DNA of 64,000 nucleotides from a virus (IMGVR_UViG_3300028591_000183:10239-74238), one strand, 5' to 3'. Counted from the first letter of the stretch, positions 11,233-19,068 are shown. Notes: generated by a model from the sequence alone, not told the origin. Program-made: numbers and translations.

Positions 11233-11278
11233 AAAGGCTTAACCAAGCGGATTCGCAGGGTTGAGCCTTTTGTTTTTC
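11233..11278 (+). terminator. Terminator downstream of attP (replacement tRNA terminator)
   Basis: AAAGGCTTAACC...GGTTGAGCCTTT then T-rich tail. Confidence 0.7.
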
Positions 11279-11382
11279 TTGATGTTATTTAACCTAAAAT
11301 TTTGCATTTCTTGTCTTTTTTCTAGTCTGTTTTTATGTTACAATATCTTTAGAATAGATTTGGGGACACCTCACATCCGTTC

Positions 11383-11486
11383 GGGCAGGTATGAGATATC
11401 TGCCCTCCTTTCTAAAAGTCAACAGGTTCATGTTTTTTATCATCAAGGGCGGTATTCGGCACAAGTACCGCCCCTCCTTTCTAAAA
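11383..11486. repeat. Two GC hairpins each followed by TCCTTTCTAAAA
   Basis: GGGCAG...CTGCCC-TCCTTTCTAAAA (11383-11417); GGGCGGTA...TACCGCCC-CTCCTTTCTAAAA (11447-11486). Confidence 0.7.
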
Positions 11487-11487
11487 T

Positions 11488-11519
11488 AAAAGCGAACGAG
11501 AAATTTTCCGTTCGCTTTT
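11488..11519 (-). terminator. Bidirectional terminator-like hairpin after the 11537-11719 ORF
   Basis: AAAAGCGAACG...CGTTCGCTTTT, 11-bp stem. Confidence 0.7.
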
Positions 11520-11536
11520 CGTTCGTTATGCGGTTG

Positions 11537-11719
11537 TTACTTCCCACTTCCCACTTCTTTGTCTTTAGGCACTTCTCGTTTCCCGAAATAAAGTCGTTCC
11601 ATTTTATCACGATTTGCTTTCTGCATTGTTTCAGCGTATTGTGCGTCATCCATAGCTTCTTTCAGCCTTTGCGCTGTTATATCCCTGTCATTGTCATAGT
11701 TTATCTGCCTTTTATTCAT
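11537..11719 (-). pseudogene. 60-aa ORF at the cI position; probable fusion of a repressor N-terminus and an integrase C-terminus
   Basis: Good RBS (GAGGT) and promoter; ITAQRLKEAM resembles the XRE repressor first helix; QYAETMQKANRDKMERLYF resembles an integrase tail; lies between attP and cro. Confidence 0.45.
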
Positions 11720-11738
11720 ATCGTTTACCTCTAACCCT

Positions 11739-11827
11739 ATTATACTCTAATGTTTACATTTAGTAAAATAAAATTTAATCAAAAATAAAAAATAATCCTT
11801 GACAAAAAAGTTTATTGCAAATAAACT
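11739..11827. promoter_or_regulatory. Divergent promoter pair with operator-like inverted repeats (genetic switch)
   Basis: Plus: TTGACA(11799)-17-TAAACT(11822); minus: TTTACT-17-TATAAT(11739-11744); GTTTAY-N5-RTAAA(C/A) at 11752-11768 and 11810-11826. Confidence 0.7.
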
Positions 11828-11869
11828 AGACTTATCTTGAAAAATTCGATTCAAGGGAAAGGAGTAGAA

Positions 11870-12106
11870 ATGGTAGCAGAAAATCCTATTGTTCGTGATG
11901 ATTTCCTATACCCGAAACTTAGAGGACGTATAGTTGAAAAATTTCAGAACGTAGCTAACTTTGCAAGAACTATCGGCGTAGAGCCTAATGTCATATCACG
12001 GAAACTTAGTGGTAAGATTGGTCTTACAAAGAATGACATTAAGCTATGGAGCAATCTGTTAGAGATACCACTTGAAGAAATCGGTATATATTTTTTTACA
12101 GATTGA
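11870..12106 (+). CDS. Cro-like HTH protein (DUF739 family)
   Basis: FLYPKLRGRIVEKF...FARTIG...ISRKLSGK...IGIYFF. Confidence 0.8.
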   Translation: MVAENPIVRDDFLYPKLRGRIVEKFQNVANFARTIGVEPNVISRKLSGKIGLTKNDIKLWSNLLEIPLEEIGIYFFTD

Positions 12107-12127
12107 GTTTATCAAACATAAACAGGT

Positions 12128-12313
12128 GTGCTTATGAAAAAGTTTATTACTGTAGCTGAACTGCATGAATTAACGGGGCTTAGTGTTCACACAATAAGAA
12201 ACCGTGTTCAAAAAGGCACTTACAAGACTCTTACTAGAAGCTCTAAGAATGAAAAAATTTTGATTTACTACGATTCGATATTTGCTGATGGAGAGTTGAA
12301 ACAGACGGAATGA
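12128..12313 (+). CDS. Excisionase-like HTH DNA-binding protein
   Basis: FITVAELHELTGLSVHTIRNRVQKG; position after cro. Confidence 0.6.
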   Translation: MLMKKFITVAELHELTGLSVHTIRNRVQKGTYKTLTRSSKNEKILIYYDSIFADGELKQTE

Positions 12314-12319
12314 GGGGAA

Positions 12320-12871
12320 ATGAAAAGGTTTATCGGACTATTGATGTGTCTGCTTCTGATAGCAGGATGTTTGTCCGTATCTCAAACAGACGAGGGAGAT
12401 GAAAAGGTAGCAGTTGTTGATACTAAGAAAATTGAATATTTGACAGATGAACAACTTTCACTTCTTTATTCCTGTAAGCAGGATATCAGAAAAAAGGATG
12501 ATTCTATCGTTGAATTATCGCAATCCGATGCATGGCTGTTGATGCAGGTTGGCAGATGTGAGGGTGGAGCTTCTTTAATCGGACAGATGTGGGCTATGAG
12601 AACCATCTTAAACCGATTAGATGCAGGATGGTCTGATTCTCTGTTAGGCGTTCTTACAATGGATAACCAATTTGAGGTTATTTCAAGCGGAAAGTACAAG
12701 AGTGCAGATATCAATGTTGAAACTCATTTGGCTTTGGCTTGTATCGAGAGCGGTTGGGATGACACCGAAGGAGCTTTGTATTGGGAATCCAATACTAATT
12801 CAGATGAATCATGGCACAAGAAGAATCTAACGTTCATCAAAGAAGTTGCAGGAAACATTTATTACAGGTAA
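12320..12871 (+). CDS. SleB-like cell wall hydrolase (Hydrolase_2) with lipoprotein-type signal
   Basis: LLMQVGRCEGG...ILNR...QFE...ALYW; N-terminal LLIAGC lipobox. Confidence 0.7.
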   Translation: MKRFIGLLMCLLLIAGCLSVSQTDEGDEKVAVVDTKKIEYLTDEQLSLLYSCKQDIRKKDDSIVELSQSDAWLLMQVGRCEGGASLIGQMWAMRTILNRLDAGWSDSLLGVLTMDNQFEVISSGKYKSADINVETHLALACIESGWDDTEGALYWESNTNSDESWHKKNLTFIKEVAGNIYYR

Positions 12872-12954
12872 CTAGAAATATTTGTCTGTATCATTGGTGG
12901 GTTGTTACCCATCAATGTATTAATCCTTTCAGAAAGAAAACAAAATTATAAAGT

Positions 12955-13090
12955 TTCCGTGCCTAGCCATACCCAACTAAGTCAATTAACATGATGGCTC
13001 TAATAGCACATACTATAAAGAACAGGACAATATAGGACAATACAGGAAAAGACAGGACAAGACAATATATAAAAAATTAACAACTCACCT
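12955..13090 (-). repeat. Degenerate pentamer-periodic tract in inverted orientation relative to the main array
   Basis: Minus strand reads AGGTGAGTTGTT (identical to 14251-14262), then TGT-NN pentamers (13020-13070) and ...TTAGT TGGGT ATGGC TAGGC AC. Confidence 0.55.
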
Positions 13091-13218
13091 GTGATGCAGA
13101 CAAATAAAAAGCGATTAAGTTCGCACCTTAACCGCTTTTAGGAGTTGGAATTACTATCAGTATGATTTCTAACTCCGATTCTAACACATTATTTCAAATT
13201 AGAAAAGGAGAAAAAATT

Positions 13219-13890
13219 ATGGCAACAAAGAAAACAGAAAGTAACGTATTTGAGATTAAACCCTTGGATATTCAGAAGTTATCAATTCGTATTAAGGGTG
13301 ACTCGCCATTGATTGTTCACGCTTGGAGCGAAAAAGCAAAAAAACAAATTCTTGATAAACAGATGAAGATTACAAAAACTTCTGCGAAAGAAGCACGAAA
13401 TCCATATCGAGAGTTTATTGATTCAATGTATTGGCTTACGCCAAAGCCCGAAGCTACACCCGATGCGTTTGCAGAAGCCGTAAAGAATGGCGCAAAGTGG
13501 GGTTTTCCTGTGACGGGAATTAAGCAAAGTGCTAATTCAACAGCATACAGACTTGGTTGGACTCCTAATCAAACCATGCTTAGATGCGCTTATTTTATAG
13601 AGAGTGAGTATGGAGAATTGTTTGAAATCAAGGGTTCAATTCCCGAAATACGTGAAGATAACGTCACAATCGGCATGGGAACTGCGGATTTGCGTTATCG
13701 TGCAGAATATAAAGATTGGTATGCAGATATTGTTGTAAGTTATAACAGGTCGGGTGCATTAACACTTGAACAGATACTTAACATAATCAACGCAGGTGGC
13801 TATTCGTGCGGACTTGGCGAATGGAGAGCCGAAAAAGACGGTATTTTTGGGCGTTATCATATTGAGTCTAGCAACACTATTAGCGATTAA
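13219..13890 (+). CDS. Cas7/RAMP-like phage protein (Vipr-like putative RNA-guided effector)
   Basis: IRIKGDSPLIVHAW N-terminal strand, LRYRAEY, C-terminal glycine loop AGGYSCGLGEWRAEKDGIFGRY; abuts the pentamer array; RBS AAGGAG. Confidence 0.7.
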   Translation: MATKKTESNVFEIKPLDIQKLSIRIKGDSPLIVHAWSEKAKKQILDKQMKITKTSAKEARNPYREFIDSMYWLTPKPEATPDAFAEAVKNGAKWGFPVTGIKQSANSTAYRLGWTPNQTMLRCAYFIESEYGELFEIKGSIPEIREDNVTIGMGTADLRYRAEYKDWYADIVVSYNRSGALTLEQILNIINAGGYSCGLGEWRAEKDGIFGRYHIESSNTISD

Positions 13891-13897
13891 GCGATTT

Positions 13898-14330
13898 GGC
13901 AGTTTTGGTATGGTTCTCTATGGTGGGTTTTGTTATGGTTACGTTGGTTTTGGCAGTTATGGTGCGTTATGTTGCGTTAAGGAAAGGTGCGCTATGGCGG
14001 GATTTGGTAAGGCAGTTAAGGCGAGGTGCGGTTAGGTATGGTAGTTTCGGGTTTGTTAAGTTGAGGTATGGTGAGTTATGGCAGTTACGGCACGTTAAGT
14101 TCAGTTGAGGTAAGTTCAGTTTCGGTGAGGTTTGTTATGGTATGGCAGTTTTGGTGGGTCATGTTATGGCAGGGTCTTGTACGGTCTTGTTAGGTTTGTT
14201 GGGATAAGGCAGTTAAGGTTAGGTGAGTCGAGGTTTGTTTAGTCGAGGTTAGGTGAGTTGTTGCAGTTATGGTGTGTTTAGGTAGATTTGGGTAAGTTAT
14301 GATTAGGTCAGTTTAGGCAAGGCGTGGTTC
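13898..14330 (+). ncRNA. Array of 7 pentamer-coded units (putative guide RNA array)
   Basis: Units start at (G/T)GCAGTT: 13898, 13952, 14011, 14080, 14144, 14208, 14262; spacings 54/59/69/64/64/54 are all 5n+4; bodies are 10-13 NN-G(G/T)Y pentamers. Confidence 0.85.
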
Positions 14331-14357
14331 TTATTAAATTTAAAAAGGAGTTTGGAT

Positions 14358-14852
14358 ATGGTTTATTCATGGAAAACATTTCAATATTCTGTTTCTGCTG
14401 ATGTTGCAGGAAAAGAATTTGAAAAGATTGAAAAAAAATACGGGAAAGTTACATCGGAACTGCTTTTGCAAAACGCAGAACCTATAGAATCCCCACTACA
14501 TGAGCTTTTCGAGTGGGATGATGCTGTAGCAGGTCGTAAATACCGACTTTCACAGGCTACAAATATTATCATCAATCTTGCTGTAGAGGTTGAAAAGGAA
14601 CAGAAACCTAAGAAAATCCGTGCGTATTATAACGTGAGTGATACCGAGAAAAAGGGACGTTTTATTAACGCTGAAACAGCATTTTCAAATCCCGATACAA
14701 AAGAAATTATTCTGAAAAGAGCTTATCGTGAAATGCAATCTTTTGTGCAGAAATACGAGAACCTTACAGAATTTGCGCCTGTATTTAAGGCGATAGAATC
14801 AATCAAAAAAGACATATTAGGAGATGAAGCAGATGAACAACTTGAAGATTGA
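14358..14852 (+). CDS. Conserved phage protein downstream of the array (putative accessory gene)
   Basis: MVYSWK...PLHELFEWDDAVAGRKYRLSQA; RBS AAGGAG 7 nt before ATG 14358. Confidence 0.75.
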   Translation: MVYSWKTFQYSVSADVAGKEFEKIEKKYGKVTSELLLQNAEPIESPLHELFEWDDAVAGRKYRLSQATNIIINLAVEVEKEQKPKKIRAYYNVSDTEKKGRFINAETAFSNPDTKEIILKRAYREMQSFVQKYENLTEFAPVFKAIESIKKDILGDEADEQLED

Positions 14853-15651
14853 ACAACAGCAGGGACTTATCACCACTAACCTTGACGCTATCGAAACTGA
14901 AATAAAAGAAAAGATGGCTGAATACAAGGATTATGTAGTCAGCGAGGATTCGATTAAGTCCGACAAAAAGGTTTTAGCAGATTTGCGTAAGACCAAAAAG
15001 GAACTTGATGACGCAAGGAAAGAAGTCAAAAAGGCTTGGTTAGAGCCGTATGAGAAGTTTGAGGAACGCTGTAAGGCAGTAATAGCCTTGGTTGACGAGC
15101 CTATCAACCTCATAAATGACCAATTAAAGCTGTTTGACGAAGAACGTGTCGCAAGAAAACGTGAACACGTCAAAGAACTTTATGACGAAGTTATGAGCAA
15201 GCAAGGCTTAGAGCGTTTTTTGCCACTTGAAAAAATCTACGATTCAAAGTGGGATAACGTTTCTGTAAAAGACCAAGATATCCTGTTTGATATTGACGGG
15301 ATGGTGCTGAAAGTCAAGAACGACTTAACAGCTATTAGAGCTTTAAACTCTGAAATCGAAGACGAGTGTATTGAAACTTATTTGAGATTCAATAACGACT
15401 TGTCAATGGCGATTCAGAGAAATTCACAGTATCTTGCAGATAAACAGAAGATTGCTGAACAGGCTAAAGAAGTGGCTAATCCCGAACCTCAAACAGAAGT
15501 AGTTGAGGAAACTCCTAAGTCTGCACCATTACAGCAGTTGGATGACCTTGCTAAGACTATCCGTATGCACCACTTCATTGTAAGCGAAGCAGATGCAGAG
15601 GAAGTTAGAAACTTGCTTAATTTAAGCGGAATAACATTTAGGGAGGAATAA
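14824..15651 (+). CDS. DUF1351 family protein
   Basis: Coiled-coil, KKVLADLRKTKKELDDARKEVKKAWLEPYEKFE. Confidence 0.75.
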   Translation: MKQMNNLKIEQQQGLITTNLDAIETEIKEKMAEYKDYVVSEDSIKSDKKVLADLRKTKKELDDARKEVKKAWLEPYEKFEERCKAVIALVDEPINLINDQLKLFDEERVARKREHVKELYDEVMSKQGLERFLPLEKIYDSKWDNVSVKDQDILFDIDGMVLKVKNDLTAIRALNSEIEDECIETYLRFNNDLSMAIQRNSQYLADKQKIAEQAKEVANPEPQTEVVEETPKSAPLQQLDDLAKTIRMHHFIVSEADAEEVRNLLNLSGITFREE

Positions 15652-15656
15652 AAAGT

Positions 15657-16409
15657 ATGAACGTGTATGAAAAGTTATTGGTTGTACAAAAGAAGCTAAA
15701 CGCCCCCAAATCGAAGTTCAATAAGTTTGGGGGATACAACTATCGTTCTTGCGAAGATATTTTGGACGGTGTGAAACCTTTACTTGTTGAGGTTAAAGCC
15801 ACATTATTCATGACCGATGATGTGGTTCAGATAGCAGAGAGAATCTATGTAAAGACCACGGCTAAGTTTGTTGACATTGAAAGCGGAGAAGCCGTTGAAA
15901 ACACGGCATTTGCAAGAGAACCTTTGGCTATGAAGGGCATGGCAGACAGCCAAATTACAGGAGCATCTTCCACTTATGCTAGAAAGTATGCGCTAAATGG
16001 ACTTTTCTGCATTGATGATACTGTAGACGAGGACACAAGCGAAGTATCTGATGAAGAAAGAAAAAAGGCTGAACAGGCTAAGAAACAGGCTGATAAAGAA
16101 GCCCAAGATAAGCAAAAAGCTCAAAGACAGGAGCAGATAAAGAATGAGCAGGATGCTCAAAAGACGGATGAACAGAAAAATCAAGAAATGATAAATTCTG
16201 TAGACCCTAGACTTCTTCCTACCGAGGATGATGTTATGTCAAGGGCGCAGTATGACTTCTTGATGGAGCAGATTCAGCGTACAGGAGCGCATGATGATGT
16301 TGTTAAGTACGCTAAAACAGATGATTTAAGCAAGCTCAATTCTAAGAAGTGCGTGGCTATTCTTATCGGACTTTTGAAACGCCCTACTAAGGAGCAGACT
16401 AATGGCTGA
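15657..16409 (+). CDS. erf: ERF family single-strand annealing protein
   Basis: NKFGGYNYRSCEDIL...QITGASSTYARKYALNGLFCIDD. Confidence 0.9.
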   Translation: MNVYEKLLVVQKKLNAPKSKFNKFGGYNYRSCEDILDGVKPLLVEVKATLFMTDDVVQIAERIYVKTTAKFVDIESGEAVENTAFAREPLAMKGMADSQITGASSTYARKYALNGLFCIDDTVDEDTSEVSDEERKKAEQAKKQADKEAQDKQKAQRQEQIKNEQDAQKTDEQKNQEMINSVDPRLLPTEDDVMSRAQYDFLMEQIQRTGAHDDVVKYAKTDDLSKLNSKKCVAILIGLLKRPTKEQTNG

Positions 16410-16986
16410 GTTTACAGGAAATGCGTTACAAATCGTATCTTTTCTGATGGGTGATGGGGTAGATAAAAGTGCTTTATGGGATTTATCTACCCATAAAGAA
16501 GCCCATACAAACCAACAGAGAAAATATTTCCACAGGCTTGTTGGACTTTTGGCAAGAGGTGAACAGCAAACCTTTAATGAGAAGAAAAACGAGCTTATAA
16601 GACATTACGGAAACCAAAAATTTCTTTTCGACAAGGAAGGTAAGCCCGTAGTGGTTTATCTTCCCGATAACGACAACTACAAATATTCTGAAAGCCATTA
16701 TTATCCACTAAATTATGGTGGAAAAGTGCAAAACGATAAAGGCAGGGGAATAGTTGTAAGAGCTTTTCTTCAATTAGAGGGAACAAGTCGCTACAACATC
16801 AAGGAATACTTGGAACTTATAGATGGTACAAGAAATGAGTGTCTAGGCTCGGGTATCCCAATGAGCGAAGTGGAAACCTTTGAGGAAAAAAGGCTTATGG
16901 ATATGTTGCGATTACAGGCTGAAAAAGAGGAAAAGAAAAACAATGGGGCAGAGGGAACTAAGCAAGAGCATAATCCCGAACAATGA
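16402..16986 (+). CDS. Hypothetical protein, possibly NinB-like
   Basis: TNQQRKYFHRLVGLLA resembles the NinB-type N-terminal motif; position in recombination module. Confidence 0.45.
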   Translation: MAEFTGNALQIVSFLMGDGVDKSALWDLSTHKEAHTNQQRKYFHRLVGLLARGEQQTFNEKKNELIRHYGNQKFLFDKEGKPVVVYLPDNDNYKYSESHYYPLNYGGKVQNDKGRGIVVRAFLQLEGTSRYNIKEYLELIDGTRNECLGSGIPMSEVETFEEKRLMDMLRLQAEKEEKKNNGAEGTKQEHNPEQ

Positions 16987-17245
16987 CGAGTATTGCTATC
17001 TTTGTAAGCAGGTTGGGCGATACATCGAGGGAACTGATTCTCACCACATGTTATTTGGAAACAAAAAAGCATTTGCGGATAAAGATGGTTTAACCATTCA
17101 GCTTTGCCATAGACACCACATGCGATTACACCAACAGCAGGAACATCAATTAGAGTTGAAACAACTAGCAGAGCGTGTGTGGTTAGAGCATTACAACAAA
17201 ACTATTGATGATTGGATAGAGAGGTACGGGAAGAATTTCCTGTAA
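16943..17245 (+). CDS. HNH-like zinc-binding phage protein
   Basis: CYLC...HHMLFG...LCHRHH. Confidence 0.6.
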   Translation: MGQRELSKSIIPNNDEYCYLCKQVGRYIEGTDSHHMLFGNKKAFADKDGLTIQLCHRHHMRLHQQQEHQLELKQLAERVWLEHYNKTIDDWIERYGKNFL

Positions 17246-17566
17246 ATGGGAAAAGGAATGATTAAGTGTGATAAAGGCGTAATTGAAATCAAAGGAACTT
17301 CTGCACAGTTACTTTCAGAAGCTATAGGCATCCTTAAATCTCTTGTTGCAGATAAAGTAATAGAACCAATGGGCGTTATGGCTATAGCGAGTATTGTTTT
17401 AGAAGATGCAGGATTTAAGGTTGTTCGTGGGACAGAAGAAGATTTAAAGAGAATCTTTGAAGAAACGTTAGATGATGATGACGATTCGGATGATTCGGAT
17501 GACTCAGATGATTCAGATGGATTTGATGAAGATGATATTTTCAAATTCTTAAGAGGTGACAAATGA
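17246..17566 (+). CDS. Hypothetical protein with acidic DDS repeats
   Basis: GATGATTCG/GATTCA tandem repeats near 17470-17535. Confidence 0.6.
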   Translation: MGKGMIKCDKGVIEIKGTSAQLLSEAIGILKSLVADKVIEPMGVMAIASIVLEDAGFKVVRGTEEDLKRIFEETLDDDDDSDDSDDSDDSDGFDEDDIFKFLRGDK

Positions 17567-17970
17567 GTAGTCTAAGCATTGGAAATATGCAGGATATGAT
17601 AAACGACTTTTCAAGTGGGCTATACAACTTCACTAAGGACGGAAAATGTAGTGAATGCGGTTCATGTTGTTCACGCTATCTTGCCATGAATCAGAAGGAA
17701 ATCAATACCATCCGAGAGTATATCAAAAGGCATGGGATAAAACAGCAGAAACACGCTATTTTCGTGCATAAAGACCCGCTTTTTGATGCGACCTGCCCGT
17801 TTTTGGATGACACAAAACCAAACCATAAGTGCCTTATCTATCCCGTAAGACCGCTTATCTGTAGGGAATTTCGGTGCGACAAGTGGCATGAAATAGATAA
17901 GGACAGCGTGTTATATAAGTCTAATTTACACCCTGTAGATGTGACAGAGGTGTTCTTTGGAAAAGGTTGA
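17563..17970 (+). CDS. YkgJ-family cysteine cluster protein
   Basis: CSECGSCC...CPFL...CLIYPVRPLICREF. Confidence 0.85.
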   Translation: MSSLSIGNMQDMINDFSSGLYNFTKDGKCSECGSCCSRYLAMNQKEINTIREYIKRHGIKQQKHAIFVHKDPLFDATCPFLDDTKPNHKCLIYPVRPLICREFRCDKWHEIDKDSVLYKSNLHPVDVTEVFFGKG

Positions 17971-18428
17971 AACACCGAGGGGAATCCCTAAAAGAAACTA
18001 CTCCTAATTGGCTCAAAATAAGGAATTATCACAGGATTCTATCAAAACTATTTGTGAAAGCCATTGTAAAATCCGATGGCTTTATCAGAGCCATCGGTGA
18101 TTGGAGGTGTTAATGAATCCTTTATACAGATTTTACTTGGATGAAGAAACAGGAGAGATTACTAGAACTGTAATCGATAATTACCATACGGTTCATCCAT
18201 CTAAATATCTTCCAAACAAAGTACATTACGTGTACAGGAATAAGAATGGAATCAGCCATGATGTTCATGGTGAAAACATAGATAAATTCGTGAATTGGCA
18301 GGTCTACTCATTTTCTGAAAGCGAAGAAAATGCAAGGGCTGTTATCTTAGATAATTTAAGAATGCGCTACAAGAAAGCGATTTTGGATACTAAGAGATTT
18401 GCTACTGTAATTGACAAGTTAGGGGGAT

Positions 18429-18797
18429 TTGGAAATGGGGAAAATCAACAGCAAAGCTAAAGGTGCTAGGTATGAAAGAGAGTTAGCATCTAAGCTATCA
18501 GATTATGGTTATGATGCAAGAAGAACAGCACAGTATTGTGGTAATACAGGTGATGCATCTGATGTTATTGGGTTAGACGGGATACACATAGAAGCTAAAC
18601 ATCAAGAAAAAATCAGTATCTATGATTGGATGGCACAGGCTATTCATGATAGCGGAGAGAACGGGAAAGGAAATCTCCCTGCTGTATTTTTCAGAAAAAA
18701 CAATGCGGAAACTTTAGTTTGCATGAGATTAGAAGATTGGATTCAACTCTATAGAGAGTGGGATTCGTCTAACAAGATTGGGAGAAAAGATGGTTAA
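18429..18797 (+). CDS. Holliday junction resolvase (PD-(D/E)XK, Hjc-like)
   Basis: SKAKGARYERELA...DVIGLDGIHIEAK. Confidence 0.85.
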   Translation: MEMGKINSKAKGARYERELASKLSDYGYDARRTAQYCGNTGDASDVIGLDGIHIEAKHQEKISIYDWMAQAIHDSGENGKGNLPAVFFRKNNAETLVCMRLEDWIQLYREWDSSNKIGRKDG

Positions 18798-19068
18798 ATC
18801 ATTCATTTTTGATTCAGATAATGTAAGCCCTGTCTATAAAGTAATAGGGATTGTATATACAGAAAATGGGTGTTGTAAAGATAAGCCTGTTTTGATAACG
18901 AAGAATAATTATCATGGGGGAGTTAATTATTCATGCCAATGTATTTGTGGAACGTGGTGTACGACAGGACACCCGACACCAACAGGGGCGTTGAAAGACT
19001 ACCAAACAATGTCGAATGGGGGAATACCATTAAATGACAACTATGATTAAGCAGAGGGGGAAACGCTG

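Noticed and set aside
11585-11600. Gapped match of array unit 5 (CT TA TT GG AA) to LYFGK codons in the 60-aa remnant
   Set aside because: Only the last 5 of 12 dinucleotides match; expected by chance in a window this size
11261-11734. 157-aa plus-strand ORF from the track
   Set aside because: Low-complexity F/L/S/C translation across terminators and hairpins, antisense to a gene with a real RBS; likely spurious
13796-14108. ORFs 13796-14035 and 13896-14108 over the pentamer array
   Set aside because: No RBS; V/G/L/R-rich translation is a by-product of the 5-nt periodicity
13898-14330. Canonical CRISPR array or simple microsatellite
   Set aside because: No identical 23-50 nt repeats with spacers and no cas1/cas2; the variable dinucleotides and fixed 5n+4 units are too organised for slippage repeats
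17470-17535. GATGATTC(G/A) tandem repeat as a regulatory element
   Set aside because: Simply encodes an acidic DDS tail within a CDS
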